A stretch of DNA of 64,000 nucleotides from a virus (lineage: Duplodnaviria; Caudoviricetes). The stretch is from IMG/VR virus record IMGVR_UViG_3300048691_000224. The stretch is one strand, 5' to 3'. The position numbers and the translations under genes were made by a program. Below the pieces are notes generated by a model, which was given only the letters and a program-made list of their open reading frames with translations, was not told the DNA's origin and did not search any database. Position 1 is the stretch's first letter. The number at the start of each line of letters is the position of its first letter. Positions 9,536 through 18,859 of this stretch are shown piece by piece.

Positions 9536-9553
9536 TATACCAAATTTGGTATA
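9536..9553. promoter_or_regulatory. Perfect 18-bp palindrome (candidate operator) upstream of the transglycosylase
   Basis: TATACCAAATTTGGTATA equals its own reverse complement. Confidence 0.5.
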
Positions 9554-9578
9554 TTAACTTTTCACAAGGAAACACAAA

Positions 9579-10304
9579 ATGTTCTTCACATCATCAAACC
9601 GCCCTACTCGGTTACCAACACTATCATCATCGTCTTTTCGAAAGAAGCGCACATTCGCGAATAAGATGAAATGGTGTTTGGCATTAATACTCATTACCAC
9701 TATTGGATTGGTTACGCTAATTAAAGGTGAAGAGTACCAGACAATTGCCCTAGATTGGTGGAATGAGCACATTGTCACATCGCGCGATCCAATAACAATT
9801 GATACGAGCGATCCGATCTTGGTTGACTCTGTTGCGGCCTGGGCAAATTCAGGCGTGTCTAAACCTGTCAACAAAGAATTGATGCAACAAATTGTGATCC
9901 TTGCTTTCAGCGAGTCTCAAAATCAAAAAATTGATCCACTGCTCACCCTGGCGGTCATTAAAGTTGAATCGAATTTTGATTACATGGCAGCAAGTAAAAC
10001 AAGCAACGCCTCAGGACTTATGCAAATCATTCCGTACTGGCACAAAGACAAGATCACAGTCGCTCAGGTGTTCGATCCAACCGCTAACATTCGTGCGGGT
10101 ACCAAGGCTCTGAGAGACTACCTAGGAAACCATGGTGGGGATGTCAATAAGGCACTAAAGAATTACAATGGTTCTCTTGGAGTAATTGGGTCAAACTATG
10201 ATGATAAGGTCCTAGCCGCTCGTGCTGACTTATCTAAATATGTCGAACGGAGTATTGTTCAAAACCTACGCCAGACTCGCACCAAACAAACCATCAAACT
10301 ATAA
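9579..10304 (+). CDS. SLT-family lytic transglycosylase with N-terminal TM/signal anchor
   Basis: LAVIKVESNF (catalytic Glu), ASGLMQI, NIRAG, ALKNYNG; hydrophobic N-terminal segment after basic residues. Confidence 0.92.
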   Translation: MFFTSSNRPTRLPTLSSSSFRKKRTFANKMKWCLALILITTIGLVTLIKGEEYQTIALDWWNEHIVTSRDPITIDTSDPILVDSVAAWANSGVSKPVNKELMQQIVILAFSESQNQKIDPLLTLAVIKVESNFDYMAASKTSNASGLMQIIPYWHKDKITVAQVFDPTANIRAGTKALRDYLGNHGGDVNKALKNYNGSLGVIGSNYDDKVLAARADLSKYVERSIVQNLRQTRTKQTIKL

Positions 10305-10305
10305 T

Positions 10306-10557
10306 ATGGCACAAAAACCAGCCCACAGAGTGACAGATCTCGACTCTACACCAGAAGCACTGAGCTCAGGTAGCCCGACAGTATTCACAAACCTATTGCG
10401 ACAAGGTAGAGTTGGGGACAAGTATGTTAGTGGAGCAGCAATCACAACAGGTAGTTCATCCGTATTCGTCGAATCCAAACCCCTTGCTCGAGTTGGGGAT
10501 GCAGTTGACGATGGGGCTACCATAACAACTGGCAGCCCGACGGTATTTGTAGGTTAA
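10306..10557 (+). CDS. PAAR-domain spike tip protein
   Basis: PAHRVTD, GSPTVF, KPLARVGD, ITTGSPTVFVG repeats. Confidence 0.9.
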   Translation: MAQKPAHRVTDLDSTPEALSSGSPTVFTNLLRQGRVGDKYVSGAAITTGSSSVFVESKPLARVGDAVDDGATITTGSPTVFVG

Positions 10558-10600
10558 TTGTAAATAAGATGCCAGCACAATACTTTTGAGGTGTAGAATT

Positions 10601-11074
10601 ATGAATATGAATAAATTGCGTGAGTTAGCCGGTCTCCCCACATTGAACGAATCTACCACCCAATTGATCGAAGGTTGGTGTTTGGTTGACTCTCAGACAG
10701 ATGAAGTGCTATCCCAGGGTAATAACAAGGATAAACTGATTGCTAAACAAGAGGGAAAATATGGGCAAACTTCTACAGAAATCTTGTGGGGATATGCTAA
10801 TGAAGATGGTGAATTTGTTGAAGTCAAGCAAGGGACTGTAGAGGAAGCTTATCATGATACTTCTGATTTTGATGCAGCAATCCATGAAGTGCTTGATCAT
10901 CTCCACGCCGCACAAAAAATTGTAAACACTCCAGCTTGGAAGCAACACATGGTGGATGCTGAGCATCACGGCGCTCCCGAATCTACAGTGGCGACTAACA
11001 AGACGATGACTATGCGTTTGGGTACCTTGATTGACTCATATGTGGCGCTGTATGTGTCATTTGAAAACCTGTAA
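10601..11074 (+). CDS. Probable internal head (virion) protein
   Basis: Late TAAATA at 10561; LRELAGL motif; repeated x-x-E sites (LNES, LIEG, VEEA). Confidence 0.6.
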   Translation: MNMNKLRELAGLPTLNESTTQLIEGWCLVDSQTDEVLSQGNNKDKLIAKQEGKYGQTSTEILWGYANEDGEFVEVKQGTVEEAYHDTSDFDAAIHEVLDHLHAAQKIVNTPAWKQHMVDAEHHGAPESTVATNKTMTMRLGTLIDSYVALYVSFENL

Positions 11075-11090
11075 GTTACAGGGATGATCT

Positions 11091-11129
11091 GCACAATAAA
11101 AAGGGCCTTCACGGCCCTTTTTATTGTGC
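11091..11129. terminator. Intrinsic terminator with 17-bp perfect inverted arms
   Basis: GCACAATAAAAAGGGCC-TTCAC-GGCCCTTTTTATTGTGC. Confidence 0.9.
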
Positions 11130-11276
11130 TAAGTGGTCGATGTTGGATTTTCTAAAGCCACCAGTGTTGTGTTATAGGTCGATCACAAAAATATCCATAG
11201 TCTAACCTCAGTTACGAGGACCAGGTGAGTAAATAAAATCAATGGATAAATTATTTTCTCACAGAATGTATTGACT

Positions 11277-11648
11277 ATGGACATCGCCTCTCTAACCCCG
11301 TTTCTCACATTACTTGCAAGCTCAGGACCTTTCTCAGTAACAACTGTTGTAGGACTTGTTGTGGTTGTTATTACCTTGTGGTTGCGTCTGCGCAAAGCTA
11401 CTATGGACGAATCCACATCAACAGCAGAGTTGGAAGGCATCCGATTCACAAACTTCACACGACAAGTAGACTTTCTTAGCAAGCAGCTAGAAGAAACACG
11501 AGCAGAGAATGAAGAACTGCGCACCCAAATCAAACAACTGTATGAACAAAACTTGGCAATTAGCAACAAGTTGTCGTACGTTCAGAGCCTATTGGACAAA
11601 ACTCACTTTCACGTTGAAGTTGAAACTATCCCAGACGCCGATAAATAA
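11277..11648 (+). CDS. Membrane protein with coiled-coil C-terminus (holin/lysis or assembly-like)
   Basis: TM VTTVVGLVVVVITLWLRLRK followed by a heptad coil; late TAAATA at 11230. Confidence 0.55.
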   Translation: MDIASLTPFLTLLASSGPFSVTTVVGLVVVVITLWLRLRKATMDESTSTAELEGIRFTNFTRQVDFLSKQLEETRAENEELRTQIKQLYEQNLAISNKLSYVQSLLDKTHFHVEVETIPDADK

Positions 11649-11698
11649 TCGACATATACTACAGGTAGAGGTTACTCGCCTGTATCTGGGAATTACAA

Positions 11699-12436
11699 AT
11701 GGCACTATCTCCGCATAAATTTTTAAAAATTAAGGACATCGATGCTGCAGCTGGTCTACAAGTCGGCGCGGCAGGTGAAGTCCGGGTCGTTTTATCACAA
11801 GCCGCAAACAACACAATTGCATTTGATGGCTCTGGAGCACTTTTCTCCCCAGAACCTGCTCCTGTTGAATTATCTACCCTACCCAACAATGCAATTAGCC
11901 TAATCGCTGGGCAACTCTATGCACCCACTGTAACGAGTACTACCGGCGTCTTCACTCGACTACCAGCAATCACAGCCACAGCTGGACAGACAGATGTGCC
12001 AACTCTTGGACTACCGTCTACGTACGCACCAACCCTGATTGCTCAGAATTCTGGCCTACTAGTATTTGTGAATGGTGTAGTGCAATCGATGACTGGATAT
12101 ACCCAGTACCCCGACCACATCACATTCACTACGCCATTAGAAGTAGGTGATCAAGTTGATATCTTATTCATTGGTGGTGAGTTTACGTCTGGTTCAGCTG
12201 GCCTATCACCGTTGGTGCAACGATTTGGCCAAGCAATCGCACTCAACCAAAGTTCAATTGAGTGGGTAGGGTTCACTGCCCCTCTCAACGTTGACGTCAA
12301 TCGTTTTGTTGTACACATCGATGGTGTATACCAATCACCGATCTTTGACTATGCTGTGACCCTGAATGTTGGTGTGCCGACATTCACGTTCTCAACTGCT
12401 TTCCCTTCGATGGCCCAAGTCGACATCACATACTAA
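11699..12436 (+). CDS. Tail/baseplate-associated virion protein
   Basis: Late TAAATA at 11642; repeated VFVNGVVQ/VHIDGVYQ beta modules. Confidence 0.65.
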   Translation: MALSPHKFLKIKDIDAAAGLQVGAAGEVRVVLSQAANNTIAFDGSGALFSPEPAPVELSTLPNNAISLIAGQLYAPTVTSTTGVFTRLPAITATAGQTDVPTLGLPSTYAPTLIAQNSGLLVFVNGVVQSMTGYTQYPDHITFTTPLEVGDQVDILFIGGEFTSGSAGLSPLVQRFGQAIALNQSSIEWVGFTAPLNVDVNRFVVHIDGVYQSPIFDYAVTLNVGVPTFTFSTAFPSMAQVDITY

Positions 12437-12479
12437 TATAAATATCCTACACACAACACAATAGAGAGACTAGATACCG

Positions 12480-13157
12480 ATGAGAATTATTCAATATAAA
12501 GATGAGGCAGGTAGTGGAGGACCGGTGGTGGTCGGAACCGACTCCCAAACGCTATCACTCGTAGGATCAACACTGTCGATCACGGGCGGAAACTCAGTAA
12601 ACCTTCCAGCATTCGACTCCCAAATGCTGTCAATGCAAGGAACCAGTCTATCGATTTCTGGTGGAAATACTGTGACAATTCCCAACGTTGACTCACAGAC
12701 TCTGACACTGGTCGGATCCAACTTGTCAATATCAGGCGGAAATTCGGTAACACTTCCAGCAAGTACCGCAGTGTCGACACAAACGCCAAACGGACTAGTT
12801 GTGGTCGCATTTGGTGGAATTCAAACATCTCAACTGAATAATCCTAGCTCGACAAGAGCACTGAAGGTGCTTGTTATGGCAGAGTATGGGGTGGATTACC
12901 CTGTCGGTAGTGGTTACACTGATACTCACTTTTATTACAACCTCAATACAACCGCTCCAGCAAATCCAACAACTCAATGGGCGCAGTATCATGATGCTCA
13001 CTCATATAGTAGCAATCGTGGTAGTGCTGTAAATCTGACACGAATCATTGACGTGCCACCAGGTGGTAGTGCATATTTTTCAACACAGGCGATTCAAGAG
13101 GGCGAAACTGCTGTAGCCTTATTCTATGCTCACACCATTTTAGGAATTACAATATGA
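12480..13157 (+). CDS. Fibre-like virion protein with three ~25-aa DSQTLSLxGxxLSIxGGNxVxLP repeats
   Basis: TATAAATA at 12437; three tandem repeats visible in the translation. Confidence 0.65.
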   Translation: MRIIQYKDEAGSGGPVVVGTDSQTLSLVGSTLSITGGNSVNLPAFDSQMLSMQGTSLSISGGNTVTIPNVDSQTLTLVGSNLSISGGNSVTLPASTAVSTQTPNGLVVVAFGGIQTSQLNNPSSTRALKVLVMAEYGVDYPVGSGYTDTHFYYNLNTTAPANPTTQWAQYHDAHSYSSNRGSAVNLTRIIDVPPGGSAYFSTQAIQEGETAVALFYAHTILGITI

Positions 13158-13669
13158 TAAAAATACGATATTTCATTGCTAGTGGGATCCCACAAATTGA
13201 AGAAATCAATTGGAGTGACCAGGTAGACAACTTTATTCTCAGTGCTAGTAACATCATCGCTGCAACTGCAGACAATGGTGGGGCATTGTATTACACTAGA
13301 CCCGCCGCGGTCGAAGCAACTAAAATTAGTGACTCATTGCTACACGGCACACCCCCACCAACTTGGTGGACTACAGCAAAAGTAGCACACGATGCTGCAA
13401 TGGAGACAGCTAGGGAACAAGCGCGATTATATCCAAAAGAGGTAACGATGCGTCAGGCGCGACTAGCCCTGTTGGCTATTGATCGACTTGGCGATGTTGA
13501 GACTGCAATCGCTTCAATGCCAGGCAAAGAGTGGGCGGCGGCTAAAATTGAATGGGAATATTCTAGTAACCTGAAGCGCACCCAACCACTAGTTGCTCAA
13601 ATCGGTGAAGTATTGGGTCTGAGCTCATCAGACCTAGATGAGTTGTTTAGAACAGCTTCTCAGTTATAA
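13154..13669 (+). CDS. Tail fibre assembly/chaperone-like protein
   Basis: C-terminal EVTMRQARLALL...IEWEYSS...R..PLV shared with 19859..20254. Confidence 0.65.
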   Translation: MIKIRYFIASGIPQIEEINWSDQVDNFILSASNIIAATADNGGALYYTRPAAVEATKISDSLLHGTPPPTWWTTAKVAHDAAMETAREQARLYPKEVTMRQARLALLAIDRLGDVETAIASMPGKEWAAAKIEWEYSSNLKRTQPLVAQIGEVLGLSSSDLDELFRTASQL

Positions 13670-13707
13670 GCACTAAATACTACTGCATACTTTAAAGGAG
13701 AAACATT

Positions 13708-14154
13708 ATGCGTGGTTTAAAAATTAGGAGCGCCGATACGCTAGCTGACTGGTCAGTAGGTATTGCTGGGTTAGTCGGTGCAGGCACCGTCAAAGAAGCA
13801 CTAGATGCTAAGATGCCCACATCAGGTGGTACCTTCACTGGAACTATTTCTGTCCCCGATAATACAGTGACAGCAACAGCGGCAGTTAACTTGGCTCAAG
13901 TTGAAGGCATGATTGCTGCAATCCCAACACAGACAGCATATGCTGGTGCGGAAGATGTGTTTGTTGGTGATGGTAGTCAATTGTTGTTTGTGTTTTCAAA
14001 TATTCCAACAACAATTACAAGCGCCCCCAATCGTGTGTTTGTGTTTATTGATGGTATTCGTCAATCTAAGACAAGCTACACTCTATCTACAACAGATATC
14101 TCTTTCAATGTTGCCCCAGTACTCGGCGCAGATATTGAAGTTTGCTTGTTGTAA
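13708..14154 (+). CDS. Short tail-fibre-like protein with conserved N-terminal anchor
   Basis: First ~70 aa paralogous to 18860..19852 (MRGLKIRSADTL.DWSVGIA); late TAAATA at 13674. Confidence 0.65.
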   Translation: MRGLKIRSADTLADWSVGIAGLVGAGTVKEALDAKMPTSGGTFTGTISVPDNTVTATAAVNLAQVEGMIAAIPTQTAYAGAEDVFVGDGSQLLFVFSNIPTTITSAPNRVFVFIDGIRQSKTSYTLSTTDISFNVAPVLGADIEVCLL

Positions 14155-14172
14155 TAATTAGCATTGTAATTT

Positions 14173-14198
14173 AAAAAAGCCGCAATGCGGCTTTTTTT
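14173..14198 (+). terminator. Intrinsic terminator
   Basis: AAAAAAGCCGC-AAT-GCGGCTTTTTTT. Confidence 0.85.
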
Positions 14199-14257
14199 GT
14201 TGCCCCCAAACCAACTTCCACTTAAACTTTAGTCATAAGTAAGTCAAGAGAGTTTTT

Positions 14258-15397
14258 GTGATAGACACAGAACACTCTCAAGTATCAACACATAACAGAG
14301 GAGCTTTGTTAGACATCATGCAAAAAACATTCGACGCGGTAGTATTCATTCTTCGTGGACAGCCGCTCCATAATTCTCACCTCAGTACAATCATCCAAGC
14401 AGCAGAGTTTGCATCTCAAGTGATCATACTCATTGGATCCAGTAACCGCCCTCGGACCATCAAAAATCCCTTCACATTTGAAGATCGCCGTAGCATGATC
14501 CTTGCTACGCTAGCACCACTCTCGGAGATCTACTCACTAGAAGACACGACGATTACAATCGCCCCACTCAATGATTATGTGTATAGTGATACAGGTTGGG
14601 AAATTGAAGTCCAACAGACAGTATCACAATGCACCAAACCTGATGACAAAATTGCGATCATTGGATCTAAAAAAGACTCCAGTAGTTTCTATCTGAGTAA
14701 GTTCCCACAATGGGAATTAATCGAAGTTCCAATTACCGAACAACTTTCATCTACCGACATTCGGAGTTTATATTTCCAACGAGATCCAAATCTCAATTTT
14801 CTTACTGGTGTGATGCCACAGCCTGTAATCACTTGGCTGAAAGACTTTGCTACAACGAAAGAATTTTCAGACCTAGTAACGGCTCGGGAGATGAATGTGA
14901 AATACCGCGCACCGTATTCAGCACTACCATATGAAGTAATCTTCGTGACAGCTGACTCGGTTGTGGTGCAGTCTGGACACGTATTACTAGTAAAGCGCCG
15001 CGCTAATCCTGGTAAGGGTTTGTTGGCTCTCCCTGGTGGATTCGTCAATGCAGTTGGTGATCGAACTGTCGAAGATGCAGCGATTCGAGAATTGTATGAA
15101 GAAACAAGCCTCAGAGTTCCTGAGAAGATTGTCAGAGGTTCTATTACACAAACTCGAGTATTCGATGCACCAGGCCGTTCAGAGCGGGGTAGGACAATCA
15201 CTCACGCAGTTCTCATCGAGTTATCTGAGCCAGGTGGAGTCTTGCCAAAAGTCAAAGGTAGCGATGACGCTATTAGTGCTAAGTGGTACCCAATATCAGA
15301 ACTAAAATCAGAAAATATGTTCGACGACCATTTTGATATTATTGTAACCATGTTGGGTGTACAACCAACAAAATCAGTTTCCCCAAGCAGTTTCTAG
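14258..15397 (+). CDS. nadM: Bifunctional NMN adenylyltransferase / ADP-ribose Nudix hydrolase (NadM-Nudix)
   Basis: RGQPLHNSH (HxGH-like), IGSS, KNPFT, LSSTDIR; C-terminal ALPGGFV...AAIRELYEET, RSERGRTIT, FDDHFDI. Start may be ATG 14318. Confidence 0.92.
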   Translation: MIDTEHSQVSTHNRGALLDIMQKTFDAVVFILRGQPLHNSHLSTIIQAAEFASQVIILIGSSNRPRTIKNPFTFEDRRSMILATLAPLSEIYSLEDTTITIAPLNDYVYSDTGWEIEVQQTVSQCTKPDDKIAIIGSKKDSSSFYLSKFPQWELIEVPITEQLSSTDIRSLYFQRDPNLNFLTGVMPQPVITWLKDFATTKEFSDLVTAREMNVKYRAPYSALPYEVIFVTADSVVVQSGHVLLVKRRANPGKGLLALPGGFVNAVGDRTVEDAAIRELYEETSLRVPEKIVRGSITQTRVFDAPGRSERGRTITHAVLIELSEPGGVLPKVKGSDDAISAKWYPISELKSENMFDDHFDIIVTMLGVQPTKSVSPSSF

Positions 15398-15499
15398 ATG
15401 AATTGATACCTGTAAGTGAAGTGATATACACGAGATACTTCAAGTACAGTCCATTGAGAAACTTTTTCAAAAACGCATAAACTAAAGGAGTTTTATAAC

Positions 15500-16894
15500 A
15501 TGCGCACATCTTCTATCCCTAACATGAAGTCTATTTTATTGAATGTAGACAGCTATAAAGTTTCCATGTGGAAACAACACCCACCTGGTACAAAGAAAGT
15601 ATATTCTTATGTAGAGTCCCGTGGTGGTCGTTACACAAATACAGTGTTCTTTGGGTTACAAACCTTCGTCAAGGAATATCTACTCACACCCTTCACACAA
15701 GCAGATCTGGATTTTGCAAATAAATTCTGGACAGCTCACGGTGAACCATTCAACTACGATGGCTGGAAGTACATTTTGGATGTGCACGGTGGATACTTAC
15801 CGCTGGCCATCTCTGCGCCTGAAGAAGGAACAGTAATTCCTTATAAAAATGTTCTGGCTACTGTCGTAAACACAGACGACAATGTGCCATGGTTGACTAC
15901 TTGGGTCGAGACAGCAATGTTGCGTGCAATTTGGTACGGTACGACAGTAGCATCACAATCCTGGACAATCAAACAGATCATCTTAGATTACCTTGAAAAA
16001 TCTGGAACACCCGAATCAATAGGGTACAAATTACACGATTTTGGAAGTCGTGGGGTGTCATCATTCGAATCAGCCGGCTTGGGTGCTTGCGCTCATTTGG
16101 TGAACTTCTCGGGTACAGATACTGCAACCGGTCTATTGTATGCACACGTGTACTACGGTGCTGATTTGGCGACTACTGCTCATTCTATACCCGCCTCTGA
16201 ACACAGCACAATTACATCCTGGGGTCGTGATAATGAACGTGATGCGTATGCAAATATCATCAAACAGTTCAATAAGCCTGGAGCACTATTCGCCTGTGTG
16301 AGTGATTCATATGATATCTATGCTGCATGTAGAATGTGGGGATCTCTGAAGTCAGAATTAGAAGCAGGTGGTGGTACACTGGTAATCCGTCCAGACTCTG
16401 GTGATCCACTCGATGTACTTCCTAAGATGTTGACAATTCTTGAGAAAGAATTCGGAGTTACTAAAAACTCCAAAGGTTACAAGGTACTCAATACTGTACG
16501 GCTGTTGTGGGGTGATGGTATTGATGAGCTGTCTATCCGATCCATTCTCCGTACGGTAGTAGACTTACACGGATTCTCTGCCGACAACATCGCATTTGGT
16601 ATGGGTGGAAAACTCTTACAAATTGTTGACCGCGACACTAACAAATTTGCAATGAAGGCTTCAGCAGCACTGATTGGTGATGACTGGGTTGATGTGTTCA
16701 AAGATCCAGTCACAGATCAAGGAAAATCTTCAAAGAAAGGTTTGGTCACATTGTACAAGGGTGCTGATGGCAAATATTTTACCGCCCTAATTGACCCATT
16801 GTACGAATCTGAACTCCAACTTGTGTTTAGAGATGGGGTACTGATGCGAGATATGGATCTTGAACGCGTTCGAGCTAATTCTGATAAACGCTAA
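15500..16894 (+). CDS. nadV: Nicotinamide phosphoribosyltransferase (NAMPT)
   Basis: DSYK, YVESRGG, FFGLQ, LHDFGSRG, SIPASEHS, SDSYD, IRPDSGDP, GDGI, FGMGG, KDPVTD. Confidence 0.96.
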   Translation: MRTSSIPNMKSILLNVDSYKVSMWKQHPPGTKKVYSYVESRGGRYTNTVFFGLQTFVKEYLLTPFTQADLDFANKFWTAHGEPFNYDGWKYILDVHGGYLPLAISAPEEGTVIPYKNVLATVVNTDDNVPWLTTWVETAMLRAIWYGTTVASQSWTIKQIILDYLEKSGTPESIGYKLHDFGSRGVSSFESAGLGACAHLVNFSGTDTATGLLYAHVYYGADLATTAHSIPASEHSTITSWGRDNERDAYANIIKQFNKPGALFACVSDSYDIYAACRMWGSLKSELEAGGGTLVIRPDSGDPLDVLPKMLTILEKEFGVTKNSKGYKVLNTVRLLWGDGIDELSIRSILRTVVDLHGFSADNIAFGMGGKLLQIVDRDTNKFAMKASAALIGDDWVDVFKDPVTDQGKSSKKGLVTLYKGADGKYFTALIDPLYESELQLVFRDGVLMRDMDLERVRANSDKR

Positions 16895-16916
16895 TAATCA
16901 TTGAGCCCATATTAAT

Positions 16917-16944
16917 AAAAAGAGAGGATGGCATCCTCTCTTTA
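16917..16944 (+). terminator. Intrinsic terminator-like hairpin
   Basis: AAAAGAGAGGATG-GCATCCTCTCTTTA. Confidence 0.75.
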
Positions 16945-16968
16945 ATTTTCAACAAATTTTTTCACAAC

Positions 16969-17724
16969 ATGAATATCACAGAACGTAAAACAAAAATCCA
17001 ACGATATGCTTCCGTGGGGCTAGTAGCACTAGCAGCGCTGGTAGTATCTCCTATAATCTTTCTAATTATCAAGGGGGTTATTGGGTTAGCTATCGCAGCT
17101 GTAGTTGGAGTAGCAATTGCCACCACCACCCCTGTAATCTCTATGAAGTTTGCAAACTGGCGAGTGCGAGCAATTACTAATGAAGCGCGGGAAAATCCAA
17201 TCGAAACTCTCACAAACTTAATCCAGGCTAAACAACGAGCATTGAATGTATTTGAAGAGAGTGTTGTTGAGGCGGTTACGGCTCGTGCAGATTTTGCGAT
17301 AAAGTGTTCAAATTTTAGCAAACAATATCCCCATCGAGCAGCAGAATTTAGCAAACAATTGGAATCAATGACTATAGCAGTCGATAAGATGAAACAAGCG
17401 CTCAGCGAGGCAAGAGATTCACTGGTTGATGGTAACAATAAACTCACAGAGATGCGTGCATATTGGGATATGAGCCAGGCTGCTCAGGTCGCAAACAAAG
17501 CGACAGGTATGGATACTGGCGATATGTATGAAAAATTAAAGTTGGATACTGCTGTAGATGCTGTGTATGAGTCGATGAATAGGGCATTTGCACAACTGGA
17601 AGTTGCGGCAGTATTGGATTCAGGGTACACCACCAAGCAACAGGTGCAGTTGATTGAACACAACGATGAACAACTTATCCCTGGTCAGTTGTTTGCACTA
17701 CACAAAGAAAAGGTAAACGTATGA
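16969..17724 (+). CDS. PspA/IM30 (ESCRT-III-like) protein with two N-terminal TM helices
   Basis: ARENPIETLTNLIQAKQRAL aligns by eye with PspA AEDPQKLVRLMIQEMEDTL; NNKLTEMRA with ENKLSETRA; long coiled coil. Confidence 0.7.
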   Translation: MNITERKTKIQRYASVGLVALAALVVSPIIFLIIKGVIGLAIAAVVGVAIATTTPVISMKFANWRVRAITNEARENPIETLTNLIQAKQRALNVFEESVVEAVTARADFAIKCSNFSKQYPHRAAEFSKQLESMTIAVDKMKQALSEARDSLVDGNNKLTEMRAYWDMSQAAQVANKATGMDTGDMYEKLKLDTAVDAVYESMNRAFAQLEVAAVLDSGYTTKQQVQLIEHNDEQLIPGQLFALHKEKVNV

Positions 17725-17873
17725 AAATTCAGATGATTGGGATTGTTCTAGTACTCACTGTGCTCATAGGGCTCGCCCTACTGTCAGATCTTCAACAACC
17801 CCAGACAAACTCCCCCACCCAACCGCCTGTAGTCAATACAGACAACTCTTTCAAAGACCTCAAAATTAACTAA
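17721..17873 (+). CDS. 50-aa single-TM protein (not in ORF track)
   Basis: ATGA overlap; MKIQMIGIVLVLTVLIGLALL followed by a Q/P/T/N-rich tail. Confidence 0.7.
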   Translation: MKIQMIGIVLVLTVLIGLALLSDLQQPQTNSPTQPPVVNTDNSFKDLKIN

Positions 17874-17881
17874 GGATACCC

Positions 17882-18814
17882 ATGAAAACAACTTTATTCG
17901 CTCTAGCACTCTCTATCGCCACAACCTTGGCCGCCGCCCAGACCACTCAACTCAAAGTATCCACAGGATCTGCAACAGGAACATACTCTCGAATGTTCAA
18001 GGAATTCTCGGGTGTGTGTAAGGATCAAATCTTGCTGATTGAATCACCAAGCACTGGTTCTATCCAAAATATGGATCGTCTCTTGGGAAACGAAGTCAAT
18101 GCAGCAATTGTACAGACAGATGTTCTGTTTCACCGCAGCAGAAACGAAGATCTCAGCAACATCAAGACACTATTCAGCTTACACCCTGAAGAAGTTCACA
18201 TCATCGCTCGTACTGACAGTCAGATTAAAGAAGGCGGTTATGGTCTAAGGATTGGAGCAAAGACTGTTCAAATGAATGACATTACATCTCTAGGCGGTCG
18301 TAAGGTGGCGGCTTGGGGTGGTAGTTTTGTGACCGCACAGGTAATTCGACTGCAAACAGAAATTCCTTTCAGTGTCGTAGAAGTAGCAGATTTCAAGACG
18401 GCAAAGGCTGGATTGGATGCAGGTGAGTTTGCAGCAATCATGATGGTCGGTGGACAACCAATGAGTGACGTGCAATCGCTATCACAAGCATACAAGTTGC
18501 TCATGGTGCCCGAAGCAATCGCTGGTCGTTTGAAGAGTGTATACGTCCCAGCAAAGTTGACGTACTCAAACCTAAGTGCATCAGCTGGTATTCAGACTAT
18601 CGCAACAGAGGCGTTGTTCGTATCACGAGAGTATAAAACCGCAAAATACGTCGAATCCCTTGGAGCGCTCCGTGGTTGCTTTAAATCCAGTGTGGATGAT
18701 TTGAGTGAAACTACAGGAACGCATAAGAAATGGGTCACTGTAAAAGTTGGCAACACAGGCAAGTGGCCGTACTACGAGTTGCCTTCAGTGAAGCTAGTGG
18801 CTGCAAAGAAGTAA
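17882..18814 (+). CDS. TAXI-family TRAP solute-binding protein (secreted)
   Basis: Signal peptide; VSTGSATGTYS, STGSIQNM, AAIVQTDV, LHPEEVHIIAR motifs. Confidence 0.85.
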   Translation: MKTTLFALALSIATTLAAAQTTQLKVSTGSATGTYSRMFKEFSGVCKDQILLIESPSTGSIQNMDRLLGNEVNAAIVQTDVLFHRSRNEDLSNIKTLFSLHPEEVHIIARTDSQIKEGGYGLRIGAKTVQMNDITSLGGRKVAAWGGSFVTAQVIRLQTEIPFSVVEVADFKTAKAGLDAGEFAAIMMVGGQPMSDVQSLSQAYKLLMVPEAIAGRLKSVYVPAKLTYSNLSASAGIQTIATEALFVSREYKTAKYVESLGALRGCFKSSVDDLSETTGTHKKWVTVKVGNTGKWPYYELPSVKLVAAKK

Positions 18815-18859
18815 TTTGTAGTGATATAAATAGAGCATCTTCAATAGCTTAATGTTACT

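Noticed and set aside
15500-16894. NARP1 (Adps + Namat) pathway
   Set aside because: No PRPP-synthetase-like Adps gene is adjacent; the partner is NadM-Nudix, matching the NARP2/KVP40 arrangement.
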